A stretch of DNA of 64,000 nt from Candidatus Bathyarchaeota archaeon (GCA_963775685.1 CAVZJV010000005.1:64001-128000), one strand, 5' to 3'; numbered from the stretch's first letter, positions 20,317 through 31,580 are shown. Translations and numbers: made by a program. The notes: generated from the letters alone by a model not told the origin.

Positions 20317-21570
20317 TTGACTGAAACAACCCTACAGTTCTCATCCTCAGACGAAGTGAAACGTTGGCTTGAAAACCAAACTAGCTCAATCCTCACACCT
20401 GTACATGCCCAAGCCAAAAAACTACGTGACGAAATGAATTTTTCCCTTCAAACTGTTGCAGATGTTAGCAGGCAGCTTTTTGACACCAGTTCAAAAGAGA
20501 TAGAAAAAAGGAACATGAAAGTTTACAACCGCGCTAGAGCCTTAAACAAATTAGCCCGATTATTTCTCGATCGACTCAAAAAACTCAGTCCTCCCGATCA
20601 AGTCTCCTATGAGAGTATGAGTAGGTATGTTCAGGAAACACAAAAAGTCCTATTGGTAACGGATATAGACATTAAAAATTGGTTTCCAAGAATCTCACCC
20701 TTCTTCATCATGGATAGAAGGAAATTCTTAGCCGTTTATGAGCGTGCCAAACAAGCATACAACACCCTAAACGACTACGTCACCAAGGAATATATCAAAA
20801 CTAAAACCTTGGAAGAAGCTCTCCAGCAAATAAACGAGCTTCAAAACATAGAAAAACAGTTAATTGCCTATGGCGAAGATAAGGAAAACCTAAGAAATGA
20901 GCGTAAGCCAATCGAGCAGGACATCGATACTTTAGAGGAAAAAATAAACGAACTAACAAGCAAAGGACCAATCGACAAACTCAATATGGTAACCTGTGAG
21001 ATTGAATCCTTAAGCAACGAGTTAAAGCATGATCTTAGGCACTTGCAGAAGCCTTTCATCAAAATGCAAGCCTTAGCCACTGGAGGCGGCGGAGGAGGAA
21101 TAACACCCGACGAACTAAACAAGATCAGCCAGTACCTTGAGAAGCCCTTTGACGCATTGGTATCAGAGAAACCGGGTTATCCCCTGCTTAAAGAGATTCT
21201 GCAGAGACTTGAAGAGCTATTAGCAGAGGATAAGCTAAAGTTGAAACCTGACAAGGCACGGAAAGCGACAGATTCTGTGGTTGAGATTCTGCATAAGGAT
21301 TCTTTAGTGAAGCTGCAACTAAGGTGCATAGAGATGGCGACGAATAAAGACCAGTTGCTAGCGTCATCGAGAATGGATGAAATAAATCAAACCCTGGCGC
21401 AATTCCAAGAACAAGTAAACCTTCTAAAAGTCAGAAAAACAAGCGTAGAAACACATGAAATCGTAAAAGAAAACGCTTACAAAGAAACAGAGGACAAAAT
21501 CAACAACCTAAAACGCACAATCGAGAAAAACATCTACAGTTCAATCGACAAAAAAATCCAGATAACATAG
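20317..21570 (+). CDS. Hypothetical coiled-coil protein
   Basis: 417-aa helical, K/E/L-rich ORF. Confidence 0.75.
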   Translation: MTETTLQFSSSDEVKRWLENQTSSILTPVHAQAKKLRDEMNFSLQTVADVSRQLFDTSSKEIEKRNMKVYNRARALNKLARLFLDRLKKLSPPDQVSYESMSRYVQETQKVLLVTDIDIKNWFPRISPFFIMDRRKFLAVYERAKQAYNTLNDYVTKEYIKTKTLEEALQQINELQNIEKQLIAYGEDKENLRNERKPIEQDIDTLEEKINELTSKGPIDKLNMVTCEIESLSNELKHDLRHLQKPFIKMQALATGGGGGGITPDELNKISQYLEKPFDALVSEKPGYPLLKEILQRLEELLAEDKLKLKPDKARKATDSVVEILHKDSLVKLQLRCIEMATNKDQLLASSRMDEINQTLAQFQEQVNLLKVRKTSVETHEIVKENAYKETEDKINNLKRTIEKNIYSSIDKKIQIT

Positions 21571-21918
21571 CTTCCAAAAGTAATTTTCTTTAATCTTTTT
21601 TTGGAAGATTTTGCCTTTTTGATGATTTTAGGGGTGTCTTGATTCCCGTTGATAGAGTTGGACGAGGAAGAACGTGGTTGAGAAGCCTGTTAAAGCTTGT
21701 ACTGGTTGTAAAAACAAAATTATGTATGCGAATGTTAACTGAGCAACATTATTCTAAGTCAGTTTGTTCACTTTCCCATATTAATCAGCTTCAAACGTCA
21801 AAACCAAATTATGCTAAGTCCTGTTTCTCCAATTCTACGTAAATAAAGCAGAATCAGCATGCTTTTATTGAACTGGCAACTATCCAATAACAAAAACCTC
21901 GTTGCGAAGGCAAAAAGG

Positions 21919-23448
21919 ATGGCTGAACTCAGAACCCAAGAACAACAACTCCTCTCGGCATTGGAGACGCTTGGCGGAAACGCAACCGTTGACCAACTAA
22001 TCCAAGCCTGCGGAATTCAAGATTCAGCCGTGATGCGCAACGCCCTAACGCTGCAAGAAAAAAACTTTGTAGCCATCCACGCAAAAATTCAAACCATCAT
22101 CAAATTAACTCCAGAGGGCGAAAAATACGCCAAAAATGGCTTACCTGAACGAAACCTAATCCTGGCTACCGCACAACTTGGCGGAACCGCAGACCTAAAA
22201 GAAGCGGCAGAAAAAGCTGGGCTCAAGGATCAGTTTGTTCAGATTGCACTTGGTTGGGTTATTAGAAAAAAATGGGCAATTTTCACGCCGCAAAGCAATA
22301 CACTTCATATAACTGAATTATTGCTGCACCAAACAGTTATCCCCGAAGGATGCGACGAAACCCTCCTAAAACATTTGCAGACAAAAAAGCAAGAACCCCA
22401 AGAAGACCTAAGCTTGGAACTTCAACAAGCAACTGAACAACTTAAAAAAAGAAAACTCCTAACCGTTGAGCCGAAAACTACACGCACTCTCCAAATCACC
22501 GCAGAAGGCAAAAAAACAGCCGCTGTAGCCACAATCGCGCCCCAAGAAGTCACCCAGTTGACCCCAGAACTCATAATTACAGGCAAATGGAAAAAGGTTA
22601 AGCTGCAAAAATATAACATAGAAGCGCCAGTGGCAAAAACTTTTTCTGGAAAGAAACATCCTTACTTGCAGTTTCTTGACGAGGTTCGTGCTAAACTGGT
22701 CCAGTTAGGTTTTCAGGAAATGATTGGAACTGCTGTTGAAACGGCATTCTTCAATTTTGACGCGCTTTATGTGCCACAGGACCATCCAGCTCGGGAACCC
22801 TCAGATATATACTACATTAAAGATCCGCAGTGTGGCGAATTAGCAAAACATGCTCAGGCACTCGAAAACGTAAAAGAGACACATGAAAATGGCTGGAAAA
22901 CGGGTTCTACAGGTTGGGGATACAACTACTCTCTTGGAGCTGCCCAACGTTTGCTGCTTCGTGGACACGGCACATGTCTTAGCGCAAGAACTCTTGAAGC
23001 AAAAAAGTTTGAGGCCCCTAGCAAACACTTCTCAATTGCAAGGGTTTACCGACCCGAAATAACGGACAAAACGCACCTCTCAGAATTTAATCAGGTCGAA
23101 GGCATCGTAATCGACAAAAACCTCAACCTAAAAGACCTGCTTGGCGTGTTAGGAAAGTTTGCCAAGGAAATAGCCGGAGCAGAAAAAATCCGCTTCAAAC
23201 CCGACTATTTCCCCTTCACTGAACCTAGCGTAGAACTCAGCGCTTACAAGGAAGGTTACGGCTGGGTGGAATTTGGCGGTTCAGGGATTTTCCGTCCCGA
23301 AGTCACCTTGCCACTAGGAGTTAAGGAGCCTGTGATTGCCTGGGGACTTGGCGTTGACCGCCTTTTCATGATGCGTGCGGGCATTGAGGATATACGCATG
23401 ATTTTTAGCCAAGACCTCAATTGGCTACGGAAAAAACAGGTGACTTAG
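21919..23448 (+). CDS. pheS: Phenylalanine--tRNA ligase alpha subunit
   Basis: FNFDALYVPQDHPARE, HLSEFNQVEG, YFPFTEPS, EFGGSGIFRPE and WGLGVDRL, with an archaeal N-terminal extension. Confidence 0.97.
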   Translation: MAELRTQEQQLLSALETLGGNATVDQLIQACGIQDSAVMRNALTLQEKNFVAIHAKIQTIIKLTPEGEKYAKNGLPERNLILATAQLGGTADLKEAAEKAGLKDQFVQIALGWVIRKKWAIFTPQSNTLHITELLLHQTVIPEGCDETLLKHLQTKKQEPQEDLSLELQQATEQLKKRKLLTVEPKTTRTLQITAEGKKTAAVATIAPQEVTQLTPELIITGKWKKVKLQKYNIEAPVAKTFSGKKHPYLQFLDEVRAKLVQLGFQEMIGTAVETAFFNFDALYVPQDHPAREPSDIYYIKDPQCGELAKHAQALENVKETHENGWKTGSTGWGYNYSLGAAQRLLLRGHGTCLSARTLEAKKFEAPSKHFSIARVYRPEITDKTHLSEFNQVEGIVIDKNLNLKDLLGVLGKFAKEIAGAEKIRFKPDYFPFTEPSVELSAYKEGYGWVEFGGSGIFRPEVTLPLGVKEPVIAWGLGVDRLFMMRAGIEDIRMIFSQDLNWLRKKQVT

Positions 23449-23449
23449 A

Positions 23450-25160
23450 ATGCCAACAATCGATGTAGATTATCCTGAACTGGAACGTTTGCTCAACGTG
23501 AAATTGAACGGTGATAGGGCAAAACTCGACGAAATCCTCGCTTACGTCAAAGCGGAAGTGAAAGGGTTCAACGAAAAAGAATGTACCGTTAGCATTGAAA
23601 TGAAAGACACCAACCGCCCCGACCTCTGGGGCGTCGAAGGCTTAAGCCGCGCATTGCAAGGCTACCTGAACAACACGAAGGGAATAAAACAATATTCTTT
23701 GGGCAAATCATCCATCGAAGTCAATGTTAACCCTCAATTGTACAACATTCGACCCTACATTTGTTGCTCCATAATCAAAGACATACACCTCTCAGACACC
23801 ACAATCAGAGGAATCATGCACCTGCAAGACAAACTAGACCAGACTAACGGTCGAAGCCGCCAAAAAACCTCCATCGGCATCTACAACTTGGACCTCATTA
23901 AGCCCCCAATCGAATACACCGCAGTTAAGCCTACGGATATAAGTTTTGTTCCTTTGGGCTTCAGTGAAAAAATGGGTTTAGACGAAATTCTCGAGCGCCA
24001 CCCAAAAGGCATCGAGTATGGTCAAATCGTTAAGAAAAACCCACTTTACCCAATGCTATTTGACAGCGAAGGCAAAGTGCTCTCGTTCCCTCCAATCATA
24101 AACTCGAATGATTTAGGCAAAATTACAGAGGATTCACGCAACCTACTAGTTGAAGTCACTGGAACACTGCATAAAACCGTTCTAAACACGCTTAACCTAG
24201 TTACTTTGGCGTTGATTGACCGCGGTGGAAAAGCATATTCGGCAACGATCAATTACCCTGCAAAGTCAAGTTATACAGAGAAAACCGTAATTACGCCTGA
24301 TTTTAACAACCGCAAGATACCTTTGAGCATTGAGTACACGAACAGGCTTTTGGGCTTAAAGTTGAATAGCAAACAAATTTCTGATTTGCTGCTCACCGCT
24401 GGATTGGAAGTTGAAAAGGTTTCAGGCGACTGTTTGTCGGTGCTGGTTCCATGCTACCGCGTAGATGTAATGCATCAAGTTGACATAATCGAAGACGTAG
24501 CCATCGCATACGGCTACAACAACATAGAGCCAACATGGCGCGAGATGCCAACTACAGGATGCGCAAAACCCGACCAACACTACATCGACGTCGCCCGCGA
24601 ACTCTATGGTTGGACTTGGATATCAAGAAACACTAAACACCACCCTAACCAACCAGGAAACACTTTTCCAAAAAATGAACACACCACCAACCAAAATCAT
24701 CGAACTCACCAACCCAAAAATAATAACTATGACCTGCATGCGCAACTGGCTCCTACCTAGCCTTATGGAATTCCTCAGCAACAACCCTTCAGTGGAGTTT
24801 CCGCAAAAAATCTTTGAACTGGGCAAAGTTACGTTACCCGATGAAACCCACGAAACACGAACACGCGATGAAGATTTGCTAGCCGCAGTAACCGCCCATC
24901 CACAGGCAAATTTCAGCGAAATCAAATCTGTCCTCGAGTCTTTTATGGCTAATTTTGGTGTTGATTGGCAAATAAAAGTAACCACTCACCCGAGCTTTAT
25001 AGAAGGCAGAGTAGGTAAAATCTGTGTTGGAGGCGTTGAAGTAGGCATTGTGGGTGAGGTTAATCCTTTGGTGCTAGAGGTTTGGAAACTTGAAAACCCG
25101 GTATCCTCTTTTGAGCTTAACTTAAAACAAATTCTTAGAAGCAAAATTAGTAAAAAATAA
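23450..25160 (+). CDS. pheT: Phenylalanine--tRNA ligase beta subunit (+1 frameshift near 24605)
   Basis: MPTI, NRPDLW..EG, SFPPIINS, YRVDVMHQVDIIEDVAIAYGYN, then MRNWLLPSL and PQKIFELG in the next frame. Deleting T24605 restores RELMVGLG. Confidence 0.93.
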
Positions 25161-25179
25161 AATTCTCGGATTTTCGCAC

Positions 25180-25615
25180 TCATCGTCCGTAGTCTTTGAT
25201 ATGTTTTTAAGACCTGAAAATGCCTTCTGTTTTTTCATACAATTTAGAATCGGATGTGATGAGTTGGTCTTTAATTTTTTGATCTAAGAAGAGATAAGTG
25301 GAATCATAAATTTCAATTTCTAGTTTGGCCCATGTGTTGAGTATTTGTGAAGCTTCGTTCCAATCAAACTTATGAAGACCCTATGTTGTTGTTACCAAGC
25401 ATTTTTAGCGCTTCTTGGGCGTTTTCTAGAGAAAGCCTTTTGAATTTTACTGCTTTTCACAAAACATTGGTGACTTCAATAGTAAGATAGTGGACGCGCA
25501 TAAACCGACTCTTTTAGAAATGTAGTAATCCTTAATTGTAAAGCATTTTTTTGGTAGGGTTCAATTGGTAGAACCCATTTTGCCACTACACCTTTGCTTC
25601 GACGACGTATTGAAT
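25180..25615 (-). pseudogene. Degraded VapC/PIN toxin
   Basis: Fragments YVVEAKVVAKWV, EVTNVL and IYDSTYL...LITSDSKL, broken by stops and frameshifts. Confidence 0.65.
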
Positions 25616-25620
25616 TAGAT

Positions 25621-25843
25621 TTATGTCTCTCTGCCTTCTTGAATCCAAGTTAATAATTCATCTTCTGATATTGGTTTGGCGCGCAACCTTATTTCACAAG
25701 AGCAGAAGCTTCTTTCATTTTTTGTTCATCTATCTTTTTTTAAACACACTCTCTAATGTATTCACTCCAGTTGACATCAACTTGCTTTATTTCTTTTTTG
25801 AGTTCAGTTGGGATTTTACAGTTATAATGTTTGTTTGACTCAA
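25621..25843 (-). pseudogene. Degraded VapB-type antitoxin
   Basis: Fragments ITVK/IPTELKKEIK..VNWSEYIRE and LLTWIQEGRE, with a stop and frameshifts. Lies directly upstream of the PIN remnant. Confidence 0.6.
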
Positions 25844-25945
25844 AATGTAAAATACCCAAAATATATACCGCACGTATATACTCTTAAAAGTCGTCACTCT
25901 GTGAATAAAAGCAAAGCCTCATCATGAAGGTATTTGCATTCTGTT

Positions 25946-26740
25946 TTAGAACCAGGAGAGGGTTCCGTTTTTCCTCGCCATTTTAAGGCACCAAGAGTAT
26001 GCCAGGTAACCGACAGGAAGAATTAGCGCGCACATCAGACCCAGAATTAATATATCCGGCAGAATCACTCCAATGGCTTGTCCAATCAACATAGGTCGAA
26101 TACAAGTGAAGAAGTAATACTGCGGCACAAAGAAGCTGATTATCTGAAGGGGAAGCGGCATAACAGAGATTGGGAAAAGCACGTTTCCAAACAGGTTGGT
26201 GGCTAAAGTGATGATTGTGGTAACAGGGTCGCCCTGTTTTGTTAAAATTAAAACTCCAGCACCTATCATGCTAAACCCGATGAATGTTCCAATCCCCAGC
26301 CCTACAACAATGATGGTTCCAATGATGTTGACACTTAAGATAACCCCAAAAGCAAAAACACCCACAGACAAGTAAATAACAATGACAAGCGTGCTCCAGA
26401 TGAACCCCCAAAGCGAACTGCCTACAATAAAGGTTACAAGTCCGGTGGGCGAAACCAACACTTCCTCAAGACTCCATGGGTTAATGGTTTTCTGAACTAG
26501 CGTAAGGCTCTGGGACAAGTATGTGTTAAAAGCAAGGCCAATGAGCAAGTAAGTTACAACGGGCATACCGAGATTCTGCACGCTCGGCATGGATGCGTTA
26601 GCTCCCCAAAATGCGTATGACAACGCTCCAAAAAGAGCACTTACGACGCTTAGCAAGATGTTTGTTTTGTAAGTTGAGAATGAAATGATGTCGCGTTTCA
26701 TGAAGTAGTAGATTTTGTCCAGTTCCTGAGTCAACCTCAT
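25946..26740 (-). CDS. ABC-2 type exporter permease
   Basis: About 6 TM helices with LEEVLVSP, FPISVMP and ARKNGTL. Confidence 0.88.
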   Translation of the reverse strand: MRLTQELDKIYYFMKRDIISFSTYKTNILLSVVSALFGALSYAFWGANASMPSVQNLGMPVVTYLLIGLAFNTYLSQSLTLVQKTINPWSLEEVLVSPTGLVTFIVGSSLWGFIWSTLVIVIYLSVGVFAFGVILSVNIIGTIIVVGLGIGTFIGFSMIGAGVLILTKQGDPVTTIITLATNLFGNVLFPISVMPLPLQIISFFVPQYYFFTCIRPMLIGQAIGVILPDILILGLMCALILPVGYLAYSWCLKMARKNGTLSWF

Positions 26741-27754
26741 CGGCTCGTACCAGCATCTGTTAGCTCAATAAATGCATCCTCCAATGTGGGCTCTTCCTGG
26801 CGAAAGTTAACAAGCTTGATTTTCTCGCGGAAAAAGAAATCTAACACAATCGGCAACGAGTCCACGTTCTCCAAGCGCACCCGTAGGCGCGTCTGCCCAA
26901 GAACTGAATCCTGCACTTCTGAAGCTAAACCTGCAACCCCAGCCAAACCACGCAACGCATTCACCTGTGCTTGGGACATGTTTTTAACAACGAAATCTGC
27001 GACTTCGTTTTTCTTTGCCATGCCCTTTAATGCGTTAGGTGTGTCTAACGCAACGATTTTACCCTTGTTCATGATGCCAACTCTGTCGCACATCTGGGAA
27101 ACCTCCTCGATGTAATGCGTCGTGTAAAGTACTGTCTTTGCCGTGTTTTTTGCTAAGGTCATTTTTTATGAAATCGCGAATGTTCCTAGACGAAGTAACG
27201 TCTAGCCCTGTGGTTGGCTCATCCAGAAGAAGAATAGGCGGGTCTGCCAACAAAGCTCTTGCCAGGGCAAGCTTTCTTTTCATTCCACCTGAATACTTCT
27301 GGAAAAGCACATCTGCCTTCTCCTTCAAATCCACCAGCTCCAGAACCTCCATGATTCGCTTTTGTCTGGTACTTCGAGGAACGTTGTTTATAGCGGCAAA
27401 GAACTCCAAGTTGCGGTAACCGCTGAGCCTCCAGAAGAAACCGCGTTCTCCCACGCTGAAAAGAGTGCCTATAGACTGTTTTACTTTCATCTGCTGCTTG
27501 ACTACATCAAAGCCGTTTACTGTGGCGGTGCCTTGGTCTGGCGGCAGAAGTGTGCAGAGTATCTTGACAAGGGTTGTTTTACCTGCTCCGTTGGGTCCAA
27601 GGAGCCCGAAGAGTTCGCCTCTTTTAATTAGTAGGTTAAGGTTGTCGATAGCGTTGATAGATTGGGTTTTATTGTTGAACAGGCTGTTGTTTGGTGTTTT
27701 GAATTTGTATGCTTTTGTGAGGTTAATTGTTTGGATGGCAGTTTCACTTTGCAA
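26737..27754 (-). CDS. ABC exporter ATP-binding protein (+1 frameshift near 27138)
   Basis: GPNGAGKTT, YSGGMK and LLLDEPT. Removing one A restores GKTVLYTTHYIEE and the C-terminal EPTLEDAF. Confidence 0.88.
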
Positions 27755-28358
27755 CAGTAAATCACTTTGTGAATTTGTTTACAAAAAATTTCTAGTAACT
27801 CTTTAGCGTTAACGCGGCAATTAAGTATTTCTGCTAAGCATAGCTAAATTGGGAGAGGAAATTACCTATTCAGTAGAAAATTGGGAAAATAATAAAGGAG
27901 AGTTATTTGAGCTTCTCAAAAGAATTAACTAACCTAATTAACAAGAAATTTTCTTGTTTTCTTTTTTTTGGATTAATAATTATTTTGTCGTAGTACCGTC
28001 AAGTCAAATTCCTCAGTTACTGCAGGAAAATTTGTCGCCATTTATTGTGAACCTAAACCTTAAACCGTATTCAACTTTTTGCTTTAACCAATTTACCCCG
28101 CGCTTGAATAATTTCTTTTTCACTTGAAAACCAGTCTGTACCTTCTTGCAGATCGTGACAGAAACTCTAATGCTCCTATACCCCCTAAACCTTAACATAG
28201 AACTATAAACGGGACGCAAACAACACTTTTGACTATACATATAATTATTTATTTTGCAAATCATCTGAAACCCCCTCAAGTATTATTGTGGTTGCTTGAT
28301 CCCACACACATATTTTTTTATCCTTTACGCATAATAGTAATTTGGTTATTCACAATTG

Positions 28359-28511
28359 GTGATTGATTTTCAAGGTCTTGCGTTAATTATCAGTTGTCCA
28401 AACTGTGGAAAGAATATAGATAGACCTGATAAGAAAATAGAGAACACTCACTTCTGCTTAGCATCTTACATTTGCCCAGAATGCGGCAACCATTTTAAAA
28501 AATCAGACTAA
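28359..28511 (+). CDS. Small zinc-ribbon protein (50 aa)
   Basis: Manual translation contains CPNCG...CPECG. Confidence 0.55.
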   Translation: MIDFQGLALIISCPNCGKNIDRPDKKIENTHFCLASYICPECGNHFKKSD

Positions 28512-28807
28512 CAGTTTCTAGCAATCAATTAACCAAATCATATATCCCGATTCTAAGTTGTTGCTTCAATCTGAGACAACATCATTTTATATCATTTAGA
28601 CTCGTAACGAGTACTAAGAACAAATAAGTTAATACACCCTCGTTATGCGGGTCTGGCTGCTAACACGAGATAAAGTGTCTCCCCTCTTGACTTTTGCACT
28701 TTATCGATGTTGGCACGTGGCTTGGTTCGCTTAACCCTCCCTTTTTGCCCCTAACAAAGCGAAAGTGGGAAGAAGCTTTTTTAAACTTACAAGTCAGTTT
28801 AGAAGCT

Positions 28808-29329
28808 ATGTCGCTAAGAGCCCTTGCAAACACATTTCGTAGCAGACGATTTTGGGTTTGGCAGATAGGAGGCGCTTTCATTTATGCCATACCAGCGACG
28901 ATTCGGCTTGCTACCGGCAACGTCCACCTACCAATCTTAAGCGCATTTATGCCGCCATGGACAACCCCTTTTGTGCCCCGCAACATCGTTGAAAAAGTTT
29001 TGGTTAATGCTTTTTTCCCTGGAGGCGCCGGAGCGATTGCAGGAGAGGTCTTTTACACAAACAAAAACCAGAATCTTAGTAGAAAAAAGAAGTATCTGGC
29101 GCGTCTTGGCGGCGCGTGGGTTCAAACCGCATTATGGTCACTGTTCCAATTCGTTGGTTACATACAAAATATAAATGGTTCCTATGGTGGCAACCTCTTT
29201 GAATCCACATATGTTTTTCCACTTAACTTCACTTTGGCATCACTCGCCATTTTTACCCCCGATGTTGTGGGCTTCCTAAAAAGCAAACTTCTCAACACTT
29301 ATCAAAAACTACACCACAAAAAAAGTTAA
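28808..29329 (+). CDS. Hypothetical membrane protein
   Basis: Hydrophobic ORF. ATG at 28808 is the likely start. Confidence 0.65.
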   Translation: MSLRALANTFRSRRFWVWQIGGAFIYAIPATIRLATGNVHLPILSAFMPPWTTPFVPRNIVEKVLVNAFFPGGAGAIAGEVFYTNKNQNLSRKKKYLARLGGAWVQTALWSLFQFVGYIQNINGSYGGNLFESTYVFPLNFTLASLAIFTPDVVGFLKSKLLNTYQKLHHKKS

Positions 29330-29356
29330 TATTACTTTACCCATTAGAATCAAAGC

Positions 29357-29836
29357 ATGTCTTTTCATGTTAGACGCAAAGAACGAGAAATCACCGATGA
29401 CAAAGAGATGCAACAGATTTTGAAGAAAACAAAATACGTCACCATTGCCCTCTGCATGAACAACGAGCCATATCTGGTTGCACTAAATCACGGCTACGAC
29501 CAAGATAAAAACTGTCTCTATTTCCACTGTGCACCTGAAGGCAAAAAACTCATTTACGCACAGGCAAACCCAAATGTTTGGGGACAAGCAGTTCTGAATT
29601 TTGGCGTTACCGATGAGTGTGATTATGCCTACACTTCGGTGCATTTCCAAGGCACAATAAGCCTAATTTCTGATTCAGCAGAAAAACGACATGCCCTTGA
29701 AGTTATAGTGAGACAAGTCACCCTAAATCCTGAGTCAAAGCTTGCAAAGATCAAACCTGAAAAAATAGATAAGACCACAATGTTCAAAATAGAAATCACT
29801 TACATCAGCGGCAAGAAGCGTCAAGCTACGCCATAA
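29357..29836 (+). CDS. Pyridoxamine 5'-phosphate oxidase-like (NimA-type) flavin-binding protein
   Basis: RRKEREI, PYLV.LN, LYFHCA.EGKK, Y.SV..QG and I.GK motifs. Confidence 0.88.
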   Translation: MSFHVRRKEREITDDKEMQQILKKTKYVTIALCMNNEPYLVALNHGYDQDKNCLYFHCAPEGKKLIYAQANPNVWGQAVLNFGVTDECDYAYTSVHFQGTISLISDSAEKRHALEVIVRQVTLNPESKLAKIKPEKIDKTTMFKIEITYISGKKRQATP

Positions 29837-29849
29837 AACCAGCCTAACT

Positions 29850-29875
29850 ATACATGGAAGACCCTATTAAATCGC
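29850..29875 (+). repeat. Left terminal inverted repeat
   Basis: ATACATGGAAGACCCTATTAAATCGC matches the reverse complement of 39402..39427 at 22 of 26 positions. Confidence 0.75.
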
Positions 29876-29986
29876 CTAATTTATAGAGGTTTGTAGATAT
29901 TGCGATTAAATCGCATTTCGGTTTTTTGGTTGTTTTTTGGGTCATTTTTTCACACACTCAATTTTTTAATCTGTTGTTTAAAAAAA

Positions 29987-31060
29987 CTATTCGGGAAAGA
30001 GAATATCTTCACTGTCTAAACTCATTAATCCGTCTGAGTCGTTAAGGTCTCTCTCTTCTTTTTGGTCTTCGTTGTTCATTTCGTCTAAGCCTTGAGAAAT
30101 GCGTCTTTCGTCTCTCTGGGTTTGTGCTTTTGTTCGCTGTTTGTTTAGCCAGTCGTTTATTTTCTCTGAGAGGGTTTTCTTTTTTGGCAAACTTGAGAGC
30201 CATTTCTGTTTTAAAGTTTCGTTGATTATAAACGGTTTTCCATTGCCTTGGCTGAATGTTGGAGACAAAAACGTTTTTCCATCATAAAACCAAGTTTGTG
30301 GTTTCATTTCTGCAAAACTGAGACCTTGAGATTTTTCTATTTTTCTAAGAAATGGCGTTATGTCTTCATTGCTTAATTTACCAATTACGCTTAACTGTTT
30401 GCTTCTAATCGTTTTTGAGAAGTCATTTAAACGCTGGCTTGCAGTGAAGAAACTCTCTTTTTGGTTTCGTGCTTCATTGAAAACACTAAGGAAGGTCTCC
30501 GTTTCCTTGCTGGCTGTGGTGCGGTTTGTAAATATCCCTTGAGCCTCTTCTAAAATATAGGCTATGGCTTGTTTTGGTTCGTGGCTCTCTGAGGTTGTCT
30601 TTTCTACTCTCTGCTTTTGGTCTAAGTAGTTAACCACGGAACGAACAAAAAACGCTTTTTTGCTTGGTTGTCGGGTCTTGAATCTAAACAGTAAATCTTT
30701 TTCAGTATCTAAAGCCATTCTTAAGAGGTTAGCGTTTCTTAGTGTGTACTTTTCGAAGGCTTGAGAATTTCGTCTTTCACTCTCTAAAATGTCCCTTTCC
30801 GAGACGTTATAAACTGGAATTCGAGACGCTTTATAAATCCAAGTTTCGGAACTGTCAAAAGCTAAGACCCTTATGTTTTCTTGTTTTTGCAGTGCTTGAG
30901 CTATAGAGAACAAAAGAAATGTCTTTCCGTGGCTCTTGTTTGCTACGATATGAGACCCACCACACTTTAAGCCTTCAAAAAGCATAGTTTCAAACGTGTT
31001 TTCCATATGTTGTCTTATGTCGGCTTGCTTTAGCTCTGTGTTTTGTTTTTCGTTTGACAT
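29987..31060 (-). CDS. HerA/FtsK/VirB4-superfamily P-loop ATPase
   Basis: Walker A variant ANKSHGKT, 'AFDSS', Walker B YILEEAQ, and EARN...FFTASQR. ATG at 31060 is the likely start. Confidence 0.75.
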   Translation of the reverse strand: MSNEKQNTELKQADIRQHMENTFETMLFEGLKCGGSHIVANKSHGKTFLLFSIAQALQKQENIRVLAFDSSETWIYKASRIPVYNVSERDILESERRNSQAFEKYTLRNANLLRMALDTEKDLLFRFKTRQPSKKAFFVRSVVNYLDQKQRVEKTTSESHEPKQAIAYILEEAQGIFTNRTTASKETETFLSVFNEARNQKESFFTASQRLNDFSKTIRSKQLSVIGKLSNEDITPFLRKIEKSQGLSFAEMKPQTWFYDGKTFLSPTFSQGNGKPFIINETLKQKWLSSLPKKKTLSEKINDWLNKQRTKAQTQRDERRISQGLDEMNNEDQKEERDLNDSDGLMSLDSEDILFPE

Positions 31061-31104
31061 AGATGTTTCAATCCGTGGGTTTAACCGTGAAAATCGAAGG
31101 TATA

Positions 31105-31320
31105 TATGCAGTATGGCAAAAAGACCATACTTTTTATAAAAAGTGACTGAAATGCGGCTCAAATTAGGCTTATTTTGGGTTGTCTTCGAATAGTTTTCGA
31201 CCAAGTCTAAGGCTTTTTTGCCGAAATAATCAGTTTTGAGCCTTATTTCAAGGGTTTATCATTCAAAAAACGGAGTAAATTTTTGGATTTTTGAAAATTC
31301 CCTTTTGCATACTATGCATA
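31105..31320. repeat. Long nested imperfect inverted repeat
   Basis: 31105-31123 pairs with 31302-31320, and 31148-31163 pairs with 31235-31250 (14/16). Confidence 0.6.
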
Positions 31321-31580
31321 GAAGGGTTTGGAAAGGTTCGACTCTGAGATTGTAATTCATTTTAAAACCACTAAAAAAAGTTGATAATCTGATGTGAAAA
31401 TCGAATCCCTTTGAGTTTGGTTTCTGAAATAATGTTCTAAGAGTCTCATAAGGGGATTTTAATTTAGCTACTTTTTGAAAACGTCTTTTTGGAAATGGCA
31501 AAAAAATTGAAAAATTCCCAGATGGGGGGGGTTATATCTGAAAGGCGTATTTTCTTTTTTCTGGCGTTACATTCTTTTGC

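Noticed and set aside
24595-24615. Programmed frameshift in pheT
   Set aside because: No slippery sequence or stimulatory structure is evident, and similar single-base indels occur elsewhere, so assembly error is more parsimonious.
31061-31204. N-terminal extension of the ATPase as given in the ORF track
   Set aside because: It overlaps the hairpin region and TATA-like sequence. The ATG at 31060 is the more plausible start.
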